Assembly: GCF_009914755.1 (NCBI RefSeq)
Contig: NC_060927.1
Length of the DNA: 64,000 bases
Source of the DNA: the human T2T-CHM13v2.0 reference genome, Homo sapiens
Direction: 5' to 3' (one strand)
Positions 1-14,081 of the stretch are shown in pieces; position 1 is the first letter of the stretch, and each line of letters opens with the position of its first letter. Both the position numbers and the translations under genes were made by a program. The notes under the pieces were generated by a model. The model was given only the letters and a program-made list of their open reading frames with translations. It was not told the origin of the DNA and ran no database searches.

Positions 1-81
1 CGAACTCCTGACCTCAAGTGATCTGCCCACCTTGGCCTCCCAAAGTAATGGGATTACAGGTGTGAACCACTGTGCCCAGCC
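1..81 (-). mobile_element. Alu, cut by window edge
   Basis: Antisense Alu left-arm sequence. Confidence 0.9.
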
Positions 82-715
82 AACATGGGGCAGGTTTTCT
101 GATCTTAGTTTCCTCATGTGTAAAATAAGATTAAAAAGTGTCCGCCTCATCAAATTGTTACAAGCATAAAATGAGGTAATAAATATAACACAGTGTCTGC
201 CGTAAAGTATTAAATAAATATACACTATTAAAAGTAACAAAGCAACACAGCTATTTCTTTGGATGCAGAACATGGAAAAAGAAATATCACTACCCCACAA
301 TAGAAATTAGTATAAAATATTAGAATATTTTATAAAATTGTAAAATCTGCTCTTCTAATCCATCACTTCACAGAGCCTCAGACCTCCTGGTGTGTTGGCT
401 TCTGCAAAACATGATTAAATCACCCATGAGGGGGCACTTTTCTAAAGTACTATTAAACCTACAGATTAGTGCAATTTATGTATTTGAGAAGCTGATGGCT
501 GTATTAACACATTAAAATGACCGCCTGCCTCTCTGAACCAACCCTCCTCCTGCCCCAGCTATACCCGTTACACTTTATGTATAGCAAAAGTGTGAATGCT
601 GGTAATAAATGCAGTTTGAAAAATTACATGTGAGCTTAGGAAGACGTGGCCAATGTTTTCAGCCAATTAACAAGTGTTTTCTTAAAGAATAACTGAATGT
701 GAAATTGGCAAGATA

Positions 716-1058
716 CAGACGTCCTTTGACTTATTATAGAGTTACGTCTTGATAAAAACCATCATACGCTGAAAGTATCATAAGTCTAAAATGCATTTAA
801 TACACCTAATCTACTGAACATCAAATCTTAGTCTAGCCTACCTTAATTAGCATACAGTTGGGCAAAATCATCTAACACAAAGCCTATATTATAATGTACT
901 GTTGAATATATCCTATAATTTATTGAATGCTGTACTGAAAATGAAAAAGAATTGTTTTATGGGCACTGGAAGTTTGGTTTCTACTGAATTAATATCACTT
1001 TTACACCATTGTAAGTTGAAAAATCTAAGTTGAACCATCATAAGTTGTGGACTGTCTG
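716..1058. mobile_element. MER47A-like Tigger (TcMar) DNA transposon
   Basis: TA TSDs at 714-715 and 1059-1060; CAGA..TCTG termini; internal match to remembered consensus. Confidence 0.75.
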
Positions 1059-1138
1059 TATTTATTCTGATAGTCTTTAAAAATGTTGCTGAAAGTCTCA
1101 TATCTAAACCAAATCGAAGTCACCCATTTAATCACCAT

Positions 1139-1558
1139 TTAATGACCTTTGAACAACATGAGTTTGAACTGTCAGGGTTCAGTTTGGGGATTTTCTTCCA
1201 CCTCTGCCACACCTGAGACAGCAAGACAAACCCCTTCTCCTCTTTCTCCCCCTCAGCCTTATTCAACCTGAAGATTGAAGACCTTTATAATGATCCACAT
1301 CCACTTAATGACTAGGAAATATATTTTCTTTTCCTTATGATTTTCTTAATATTTTCTTTTCTGTAGCTTACTTTATTGTAAGAATATGGTATATAATACA
1401 TATACACAACGTGTTAATTGACTGTGTTATCAGTAAGGCTTCTGGTCAATGGTAGGCTATTAGTAGCTAAGTTTTGGGGAAGTCAAAAGTTATATGGGAA
1501 TTTTCAACTGTATGGGGAGTTGGCATCCCTAACCCCTGCATTGTTCAAAGGTTAATTG
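1139..1558. mobile_element. Tigger2a (MER28)-like DNA transposon
   Basis: TIR-like ends TGACCTTTGAACAA / TTGTTCAAAGGTTAATTG followed by TA; characteristic internal sequence. Confidence 0.75.
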
Positions 1559-1798
1559 TAGTTAGTATTTCCTGAGGAAAGTCTACCTGAATCGCAAGAC
1601 TATCAGTCCTGATGGCATCCCTGCTGTTTTGTTCCAACAAATATGTCAATAATAATATTTGGTTGAGACATACTAAGTGGAACTGGCATAGAGCAGCACC
1701 CCAGCTGTAGAGTGAGTGAATTGCAGGCTCAAGGTATGATGGAAGTTTAGTAAAAATCACAGCACTTGCTAAGTTAATTTAAAATTAATTTCTCATAC

Positions 1799-1913
1799 TT
1801 GAGTACTGGTCCTTCTTTTGATAAGTAGCGTTGGACTTTAAGTTTTTGTCCAAGGAGACAACCCATCAGAAATTCCTTCCATCCATCCCAGACATCCAAG
1901 CGAAGTGTTGTGC
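1799..1913 (-). CDS. ANKUB1: ANKUB1 coding exon 4 ([39 protein letters not shown])
   Basis: 115 nt, phase 1/2, continues the exon 3 frame (G|GC); acceptor tccacag|, donor CAA|GTATGA; missed by the ORF track; gene continues beyond position 1. Confidence 0.92.
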
Positions 1914-2429
1914 CTGTGGATCAAGAGAGGTGGTTTATGGTTCCAGTCCAGCAGTGTGGTTTGACAATCCATAAAACTTCTAATGGTAGCTTTCCCCAAA
2001 CAGAGGCTTAGCTAGATGCAAAATGAAAAATAACCTTGGAACAAGGAGACAGGGATGGTATTTTTAGCATAGGCCATTATTGGCTTGGAAAAGCTGTTTG
2101 GCATCTGTGTATTACCATTTTCTCATCTGCTCAATGATGGCGTATAGCACTGAAGTATTTTTTTGCAGCTATCTTAAAACAGTCTTGTGGAGATTGACTC
2201 AATGCTGCTGTATATATTACCATGTAAACTGAAGCCATTATATTGGAAGAGGAAACTAAGGAACCTGTGGCAGGACAAACAGTCTTCTGGGGCCTTTAGC
2301 TTATGAGTGGGCTGTGAGGGAGTGGAAAGATGCTCACCAGCTAATTTGCTTGTTCTATCCTTTATGAAACAGGAGCTGTTCTCCGTTACAAACATTAAAG
2401 TAATTCACTGCTGCTGGAGAACTTATCAC

Positions 2430-4020
<1,591 letters not shown>

Positions 4021-5126
4021 TCTGCTGGACTCCCAAACTTCTTCTGGCCATGCTCTGCCCTCCTAACCGAGCAGGTTGGCCTGCACTTCCCTGTGCACAC
4101 CAGGCTGTTTCTGGCCTTGGTGGTGTCTAAACTGTGCTTATCTTTGTTGGCTGAGATTTCAGAACACCAGTAATCTTAGAATCACAGAAAGGTGAAGATA
4201 GATCTTAAAAGACCAGCCCACTCAGCAGCCCCCTTTTATAGACTAGGAAGCTGAGGTTCAGAGACACATGAATTGCCTGAGGCTTCTCAGCCAGCTGGGA
4301 ATTTCCAGAATTCCCTGGAATGTGTCTTTAGGATTCTTTCTAATTCCTAGAGAGTCTCCCCCTTTCAGTTGCCTTTCTCTTTCTTTCCTTTCTGCTTCCC
4401 CTCTCTTTTCCTTCTTGCCTCCTCTGTACACGAACACGACAAAGGATATCTCCCTGCCAGTCCCTCCCTTATTGGACATTCTATGTTATAACCTGTAATC
4501 TTGAAATGGGGCTCTTCCTCTGTTACTCCTTACTCTGGTTTGGATTTCTTGACCTTGGACTTGCTATTCTTTGTGAGTTGATTCCTATTTGCATACTTGT
4601 TTACTCACAGGCCTGACCTGCGTTACTACCCTCATCCCCCTCACCTGCCTCGATCCTCATAACTCGGGCCTCAGCTAGAAGAGTTTACTCTCCTTGCTGG
4701 AGAATTCTGGAATTATTCTGTAGACATAAAGTAGTGGTCCTGCAGCTATTCTGTAGAAATACCTTGATAAACATTTTCCAAAATACGGACCATACTTGCT
4801 ACACTAGGTTAATTTTCTCTAAAGCTTCATGCTGCACTTAAACTTTCTCATAAAATGTTTAATTCTCATGCACTGGAAACAAAGGACTTTAAACACTGCT
4901 CCAAGTGCATTTATTTTATCTCCTGCTGAAATGATCTATGTTTTTAGTTTATTGTGAAAATCACTCCCAAATGAGCAGTAGAAAGCTTTAGCCTGGCCCC
5001 ATACCGCAGCCTCCTTAGTCCTCCACAGCCGAGGCTACACAGTCTCCATTTGAAGGACCAGCCAGCCCCAGGTCCAGAGAACAACCTTAATTCCCGTAGG
5101 AGGGAATTTATTAAGATTTAGGCCAG

Positions 5127-5248
5127 GGTCCCAGTGCAGTGGCTCACACCTGTATTCCCAGCACTTTGGGTGGGAGGATTGCTTGAGGCCAGGAGTTTAC
5201 CAGCCTGAGCAACACAGCGAGACCCCATCTCTACAAAAACTGAAAAAG
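5127..5248 (+). mobile_element. FLAM/Alu monomer
   Basis: Left-monomer sequence ending in an A-rich tail. Confidence 0.8.
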
Positions 5249-7131
5249 ATGTAGGTCAGTAACTCAGAGGGTTGGTAGGAAGTCAGTGTTCCTGTTCATC
5301 CTGGTCAGATATTCTAGTCACTTCTGTTCCTCCTGAGCAAGTCCCCACTTTGTGCCCTATATTGTGAATCCCAATATTCTACCCCACTTTTTGGGTTTAA
5401 GACTAAGATTTCATTTCTGAATTTCCTACTCTAAATCCTAATCTCTGGGGTTAGATTTCTGTCACGTTGTCAGAGCCTCGATGTCAACATCAGCTTATCT
5501 AGTTTCCTGCCTCTTTTGTCATTCATTCATTCATTCATTCACTACCTTGGTGCTGTGGTTCACTCACAAGGTCCCTGATGGATCTCCCTGAGGATCACCC
5601 TCTGCCTTCCTCGGCCTTACCGACTGACAGCTGCAGACTGACCTGCCTATTCCAGGCCTTCCACCAGAAGGACTTATATGAGGCTAACCTTCCCCTGCTG
5701 GATGTCTATAGATGGGATTTTCCTGGCCTACCTGTTCTCCAGATGATTGCCTATCCTCAGAGTCTCAGCTCTCTCTAGCCCTCCTGCCTACTGCTGAATG
5801 AGACCTGATTCTGAAAACTACAGAGAGGACCGTACGATTTAAATCTCCTTAACATTGGTGGGGCACCTCCATCAGGCCCTGTATTTTATTTCATTTTAAT
5901 TCCCTGTCTAGTAGCAAATATTACGGGTGTTATAACCATCAGTTCAGTTCCTTGCAATGAAACAGTCCTGATAATGCTCAGCTTTTGAATATCCAGAGAA
6001 TTTCTAAGCAAGTCAGCCAGCACTGTTTATTAGATTTTCCTTTCACCCCTGTTGCTTTGTAATGCCCTCTTTGTCAGATGTTAAATTCCTTCATAAGCCT
6101 AGGAATTCTGTTGGGAAATAGAAATTTACTTGAAAAACGCTATATTGCTCCAGAAAATACAACTAAAACCTATTACTGAAGAGAGAGGAAAACTAATAAG
6201 CTTTAGGGCCCCTCACTACCTTCTATAGAGCCTGCTAATTTTCTTGTCTTAGTTTTGGATTTTTAAAAAGAGGGCCCACAAAATTGTATTAACTTTACAA
6301 AACCTGGATCTGTCCATTCTGTGCTTGCAAACGTATCTACTATGCCTAGGCCACACAGGACAGCAGATGGGAGCAACAGTGCCTATTTAGGCAATCATCT
6401 TCAACCTTGCCACATGTGGCCCCTGACTCCCAAGTTTCTGGATTCCTCGTTCATACCCCGGGAGTCAACACATGCCTATCTGATTTGGACTTTTTCTTCC
6501 TGAATATGGAAATTGTTTCTCTGGTTTGAGCTTCCTGTGATGGAAGAAACAAAATAAAACATTGATTAGAACTTAAAGGCCATCAATAAAAGCATACTGG
6601 TTTGGCAGTATAAATTGTTGGAAAGAACCCAGTCCTGGGTGTATGATTATCATTTATTAGCAGTGTAATCTTGATCAGATCACTTAACTTCTCTGAACTT
6701 CAGTTTTCTCATCAATAAAAGGAATTAAAATAGCACCATAGGTCTCCATGAGCCTAAAGGTTAGTAAAAGGACCCTGGAGCCAGCTCAGATTTCAGGATC
6801 TGAGCTGACACAACCCTGCTCCTGGAATGGTTTCTCAGGTGCAATGTGCCCAGGCAGCCATGAATATATCCTATGAGGTGTTTATAGTGAAGAGTACCAA
6901 TTGGTATCATCTGTAAAGAAAGGCATTAATTCATTCACTCATTTGTTTAGGTACTCCTTGTTTCAGAAAGGATGAATGCCAGTTTATGAATATATGTGAA
7001 ATAAAAACAGAATAACAAGCAGATAAGCATGTGGATCAGAAAGAGGAAAGCAAAAGCCAGGGCAGTGATTTCAGAGCTAGAAGCAGGTCTAAAATGAGCA
7101 TCTGGTACCATACAGGTTGACGTAAGACTAG

Positions 7132-7174
7132 GTGTGTGTGTGCGTGTGTGTGTGTGTGCATGTATATGTATGTA
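7132..7174. repeat. (TG)n microsatellite
   Basis: gtgtgtgtgtgcgtgtgtgtgtgtgtg... Confidence 0.9.
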
Positions 7175-7889
7175 TTGGACCTGTGTGATATGTCACTAAG
7201 CCTCAAGTCACAAAATCACACATATTAAGATATACTTATCATGATAGATTTATGATAAGTTAGTCATTAGATATTCTACCACCAGAATTCCCTTATCCCT
7301 TCATTACTCATCTTCTTCTTAATCCCTAAAATCTTTCTTTCTCCATCTCCTTTATTAAAGCTGCTCTCTCTAAGCCCACCAAAGACCTTTAAAGCAAATC
7401 CAAAGCTTTTTTATCTCAGAATTGTCTTTGGACTTTTACCAGCATCTTGAAAACAGTCTCATCATCTGTTACAATACAAAGTTCCAGTTCTCCTCCTGAC
7501 TCTGACAGCTTTCCATGTCTCATTTTTTGACTCTTCCGTGTGCTTGCCTTGACCTCAGCATGTCCTGAGTGCCAGCCATTGGCCCTTAAGACATTCCTCT
7601 CTATATTTACTCTCTGAGGAATGTACCCCTCATAGGGCTTGGTCTCCACCTACATGGGCAGGATCAGTATCTGCTAACCCAAACCATCACTCAAGCACTA
7701 GCACCATGTTTGCAGTAAAGGGAAATTAGAAGACTTCAGTTGTACTTACAGCTTTGCCACTAACTGACCAGCTGAGTAACTTTTTTAAAAAAAAGTACTC
7801 TCTGAGTTTCCTCATATCTAAAGCTTAAAACCCAGAAAATAGCTCCTTTCCTCAATTTCCCCACCACTGTCCTAGTGTGAGAGCTTTGA

Positions 7890-8227
<338 letters not shown>

Positions 8228-8430
8228 GTGATCTAGCATGATGTTCTGTCCTGTTCTGCCTTCTGTGTTTCACAGATTTGTCTCTTCCACTGCTAATGGA
8301 CCTAATTAATACTGGGATTATCAAACATGCCAGTTAGTGTATCACCCTGCCTGCAGGCTTTCCTCACTCCTTTCTATATTTCATATTGCTTGCTACCAGA
8401 TTAAACCTCTCCTAAAACACTCCTGTTCTA

Positions 8431-8749
<319 letters not shown>

Positions 8750-10249
8750 CACTCCTGTTCCAGAAGGTGCATGGCTCTAGCTGCAGCCACAGCAAGGCTG
8801 AGCTCTGTTCCCTCACCTTAAGACCCTCCTCCTTCTGCCCTTGGCTGTGTTTCCCAGTGCTCTCAGCAAGGTTCCTCCGCTCTGCAGAACAGTCTCCTGC
8901 TTTCTGTCCCTCCCTGGAATGTCTTCCCTTCCTCCTCTCAGATGATCCATGGTTCCCACATCTGTGTGTGCTCCAGCCCCACTTTCTCCAGAATGCCTTC
9001 CCTACATGCCTTCAGCCTGCATTGAGCTGATTTACTGGATTTTAACTGAGTGTGTATACATGTCTCATTTCTATCACTTTACTGTAAACACCCAGAGTGC
9101 AGAGGCAGCTTTGCAAATGTTTGTATGAGCTAGTATGTACAGTGATTAATTGAGCTACTTAAATCTTTGATTTTCAACCTGGACATGACTGCTTCTCCAA
9201 ACTCTTCTGATTTTCCACTGCCTGTGGAAAAGGGGCCAAGGTTCAACTCCTGATAGCAGCAGGGATGATTCATTGGCTAGAAAGAGAGGTCCTGTAAGAG
9301 AAGCTGATCGAGGACTCTTTTTACCTTCTAGTTTTAAAAAAGGTGAGCTGGCTGCTTGAGGAATACTAGTTATGCTTTAGGTAAAGGTATGAAGCATATG
9401 AAGCAGGCCAAATGGCCCTTCCTCCCTTCCCTTTGAGGTTCTTCTTTCCTTGCCTCTCCTCTGATGCTCTGTGTCCTCATGGTGGCCAAAACAGCCTACT
9501 CAGGTCATGCTTAGACCCTTAACCTTATATCTGAACACCCTCATTTCCTAAAGTTCCTACTCCCAGAGGGTTGTTTTAAGGAGTAGGTATGTTGTCCTTG
9601 ACACATGCTGAGCAAGTCATTTAATCATTAAGATAATTTGCTTTTTTTCAAGTCTGTAAAAGTTGGGGTTGGGTCAATTCAAATTATCTTCCAGCTTAAA
9701 ACGTCACATTATAATCTGAACAGTATAAGCCTGAAGAATAGTCAACCAGAGTTTTTCCTAGTTTTGTTTCATCCTTTGGTACTTCATTAAATAACTAAAT
9801 TATCAGTTAGTTGGGGACAAATGCCACTGTGTGCCCTTCCTTATGTGAGCCCCCATCATGTTCTAGGCAGGGTTCAGCCTCCAGCAAGCGTGCAGAGCAG
9901 GTATGTGCACTATAGCAAAGTACTCTGAGGAGAAATTGTAGAACTTCACTTCCCCTGATCAAAAACAAGGAAAAAAATTATGTCAAAGTTTTGAGAGCCT
10001 TAATTTAAAATAATAGGAAAGAATAATGCTAAGCAAATACTACAGTCAGGAGAAGTATCAATAAATGCAAATTTAGCAGTTATATAAAGCAAAACTACTT
10101 AACTAAGGATACCTACAAAGCCCTATGTATATGTTGGGAGAACTCAAATTTCATTGCAATGTTACAACACAATGTTACCTAAGGTTGTGCTGATTGTCAG
10201 CAAGGATTCATTTACTTCAAGTAATTTCTATAAGGTTCTAACCATTTTT

Positions 10250-10356
10250 AAAAAGTGTGAAATGTTTCATGAACTTGTGTGTCATCGTCAGGTAGGGGCC
10301 ATGTTAATCATCTCTGTATCGTCAAATCATTTTTTAGTATGCTTAAAACAAATCTG
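10250..10356 (-). pseudogene. diverged U6 snRNA retropseudogene
   Basis: Minus strand ATACTAAAA..GACGATACAGAGATGATTAACATGGCCCCTACCTGACGATGACACACAAGTTCATGAAACATTTCACACTTTTT aligns with U6; ACAGAGA box kept, AGC triad changed to AAC, 5' stem decayed. Confidence 0.88.
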
Positions 10357-10417
10357 ACAGCCTTTTTTGTTTGTCTTATTGATGTTTGGCTACTGCAGAC
10401 ATGACCTGGAAGTACAG

Positions 10418-10720
10418 ATTTTTTTTTTTTTTTTTCGAGACAGGGTCTTGCTGTCACCCAGGCTGGAGTGCAGTGGTGTGATCATAGCTCACTGTAGCCT
10501 TAACCTCTTGGCCCAAGTGATCCTCCTACCTCAGCCTCCCAAGCAGCTGGGCACCACCACATCCTGCTATTGTTTTTGTTTTTTGTTTTTTGTACAGATG
10601 AGCATCTCACTATGTTGCCTAGGCTGGTCTTGAACTACCGAGCTCAAGTGATCCCCCCTCTCTTGGCCTCCAAAAGTGCTAGCATTAGAGGTATGAATCA
10701 CTAGTCACTATGCCCAGCCA
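10418..10720 (-). mobile_element. AluJ
   Basis: Diverged antisense dimer. Confidence 0.88.
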
Positions 10721-10859
10721 AGGTATAGTATTTAGAGAGAGGTTGTAATTTCTATAACAGATAAACACTATTCCACTAATGCAGATTTTCAGCCAGTATA
10801 GCATTGGCGTCACATTGTTAAAAAGATTATTTTAATATAATCAGCAACATTTTAAGATG

Positions 10860-11350
10860 AAATTGCCCAAAGCAGGGTTCAGAATAGCATGTATCATATG
10901 CTACCTTGCATTAAAAACGGGAAAAAGAATATGTACTTGAACTTGCATTTATACATGCTTGAAGTACATTTTGAAAGAGAAGAGATGAAGTGGCCTGAGT
11001 TTTGCTCTTCCACCCTGAGGATATTAATGAATCTGCTTTGAGAACAAGACTTGACAGGGCTATGAGACCCTCCTTATTTCTTAGTCTGTAGACCCAGACC
11101 CAAGAATGAAATGTTGATAATTCATATCCATACTGAACTTACAGAGGTTTCCATTTAGAAATAATGCCTCCATTTGTTCAGATTTAATTTGGAAATGGTT
11201 TTGATTGTAAATCTTCAAAACAATAATGGTTGCCTGTGAGGAGGGAACTAAGTGCTTGTAAGGCCAGGAGAGGGAGAGCAACTTACCACTACACATCCTT
11301 TTCACTTCTGATATTTAAACTATGTAAATGTGTTAACTGTTTTAAAGTGA
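10860..11350 (+). mobile_element. ancient L1M(E) 3' end split by a non-L1 insert at ~10985-11217
   Basis: cagaatagcatgtatcatatgctacc... resumes as aataatggttgcctgtgaggagggaact..., typical of the L1ME 3'UTR. Confidence 0.55.
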
Positions 11351-11480
11351 ATATGTAAATAAAGTTAACAGATTGTATATGAAAATCTAGATTTCTATTT
11401 TCTCTTGAAAAGCTGCAAAATCTGGTATCAAAGGACCCTAGTGCCAAATGGTAGCTGATATCAAATATACTGGGCAGTAC

Positions 11481-11697
11481 CAATATCAGTCTGGTAGTCC
11501 TTGAGGGTGTTGCAATCATACATCTCCAGGCCCCTTGGGGTTCGGAGACAGTAGACACTCACGGGGAGGCCACATCTCAGAGTTACCAGTGTTCTCAGAT
11601 CAGACACTGTTTTATCAAGAAGGGAAATGCTCTCCATTACTGGCATTGTGTCTTGAGTTACAGCATTGAACACGTATAGAGTAGGCTTGTCTTCTTC
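11481..11697 (-). CDS. ANKUB1: ANKUB1 coding exon 3 ([11 protein letters not shown]...[10 protein letters not shown]), second ubiquitin-like domain
   Basis: 217 nt, phase 0/1; pyrimidine tract plus tag|GAA acceptor; donor TTG|GTACTG; TVSDLR and TLKDY Ubl motifs. Confidence 0.93.
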
Positions 11698-12242
11698 CTA
11701 AAGGGAAAGAAAAGGAGGGAACTTATTGTCTGGAGGTTCAGATGAGGGCCAAGCATTTCAGAGGGTAGCTTTGAGCACCTCTAGCTCCACGACATGGGTG
11801 TTAATGTGAAAGCAATAGTCAGTTGAGTTCTCTGCCTTCTGGTCTGAGTCTAGCTCTTATGTCCTGAGATATTAACAGGTCCCCCTGTTTGAGTGAAGTG
11901 AAAAAGACTTGGCAAGGCTTTGAGACCCTTTGACTTCTTAGTCTACAGACCCAGATACATAAGAGTGTTGATAATTTATATCCATCCTGTGCTTATGGAG
12001 GTGTTAGTTTAGAAAACATTCCTCTGTTGTGCAGTACTTTAATTTGGAATACTGTGGATTTGAAATCTTCAGTCAATTATTATTATTTTTTTTCTGAGAG
12101 GTTATTCCTGGCAAGTGGAACTGAGTTGAGAGTGGGAGGGAGTGTTTGCTTATCATTTTGTGCTTTTCATTGTCCGTATGGTTTGACTTTTTTAAAAGCC
12201 AAATATATTTACTTTTATTATTTATCTTTCTTGTCTGTCTTC

Positions 12243-12368
12243 CTTTTTTTTTTTTTTTTGTCTCACTATGATGCCCAGGCTGGTCTCAAACTCCTGGGCT
12301 CAAGCGATCTTCCTACCTTGGCCTCCCATAGTGTTGGGATTACAGGCGCGAGCCACTGCACCTGGCCT
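12243..12368 (-). mobile_element. FLAM/Alu monomer
   Basis: Antisense left monomer with poly-T. Confidence 0.85.
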
Positions 12369-13499
12369 ACTTTTACTGTTTAAAAAGGGAAATACCAAAC
12401 ATAGGTTTAGAAAAGTTTCTTTTGTTTCTTTCATTTTGTAATCTAAGTAGGAAAGCAAGTAGAATTGAGATATCCGAAGCAGAGTTAAGATGGAAAGTTT
12501 GAGGAAAATATTAATACTTCTGTTAACAACAGTTTAAACAAGCCAAACAAAAACTCAAAATACAGCGAATAGGAAAAATGGGAAGCAAGTGGGGAGGAAA
12601 AGATTATTATCATTTCCACTTTTCTCATGAAAAATGAAACTGACTTTACTTCCTCTTTAGCAGATTCAGGACAATAATATTTTTCTGCAACGGCCTGTTG
12701 TTGGGTTGGCAGATGTCAGTGCATGGCACCATCACGGAATGCCCATGAATGCGGGACTCTCTCAGAACCTGGTATCTGGCCTTCAGGTTCTTCAGGGGGC
12801 TCCAACCTGTCAATGCTGTCTTGCCCCTCCTTTGTTTCCTTCCTCTATTTCTTCCATCAGAATCCCTCTCTGGTTCCTCCAGGGCCCCCCCAGTCCTGCA
12901 GACTTATAATAAATTAAATGCTCCTCTCCCACATAACACATTGCAGTAATATGGTCAACATGCAGACCTTTTTCAAAAAGCCTTTGAGGAGTGATGTTAC
13001 TGATGAAATTTAAGGCTGCAGTACTTTGATCTAGGGCCCATTTCAGTGACTGAAGTGATTAGGAACAGTTTCAGTCCCTCTGTGGCTGTGCATGAAGCCA
13101 GATCAGCAAGCTGAGCTGCCCACTGAGCCTAAAGTGCTTAGAACAATTTTTCATGATAGTTTCTCATAAACACATGCAATACAAATTTAAAGGACATAGG
13201 ATTGACTCTTTCACTTTTGCCACGCCGTGCTTTCCTATGGTTCCATAAGGGAAGTATCTGTTCAAGCTAATGTAGATAATATTTACGGGCAGGCAGAAAT
13301 TCCTATGAAAACTGAATAAAAAGATAGTGGGAAAGAGAGAAAAATTATATTTTATGTAATAGCTCTTTTTTATTTCTTTAAAAATTCCTAATTTATATTT
13401 AGAATTAAATGCAAATAACAAATTAAATGCAAACAAATGACAAAATAAATCCAAATAGAATAACATGCAAACAAAATAACAGAGTCCCAAGTCACTCTT

Positions 13500-13628
13500 T
13501 AAAAAAAAAATTTTTTTTTAGAGTCTAGGGCTCACTATGTTGCCCAGGCTGGTCTTGAACTTCTGGGCTCAAGCAGTCTCCCACCTCCTGAGTAGCTGGG
13601 GAAAGAATTCTCCTCCATTCCCAGCTCT
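13500..13628 (-). mobile_element. FLAM/Alu fragment
   Basis: Flanked by the direct repeat caagtcactctt (13488 and 13629). Confidence 0.7.
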
Positions 13629-13799
13629 CAAGTCACTCTTAAGTTAACTAGGTGTGTGAGGTTAGATAAGTTAAAAAGAAGCTTCTCAGAATATGAATAA
13701 TCGTATACTTATATCTATAAAGATAAGCATGTATAACTTAGTATACATATAACTGACTCTGGAACAAGTAATAAGGGAGAACTGCAAAATATCTGGCAA

Positions 13800-14081
13800 T
13801 TTTTTTGAGATAGGGTCTCACTCTGTTGCCCAGGCTGAAGTACAGTGGCACTATCAGAGCTCACAGTAACCTCAAACTCCTAGACTCAAGCAATCCTCCC
13901 ACCTCAGCCTCCCAAGTACAGGCACTCACCACCAAACCCAGCTACATTTTAAATTCTTATTTGTAGAGACAGGGCCTAGCTATGTTGTCCAGGCTGGTCT
14001 GGACCCCCTGGCCTCAAGCAATCCATCCACCTCAGCCTCCCAAAGTATTGGGATTACAGGAGTGAGCTTCTGTGCCCAGCT
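13800..14081 (-). mobile_element. AluJ
   Basis: Antisense dimer; TSD atctg(g/a)caat. Confidence 0.88.

Noticed and set aside
11287-11412. Alternative 126-nt ANKUB1 exon using the ttttgcag acceptor
   Set aside because: Would need a 68-nt intron and has an in-frame TAG
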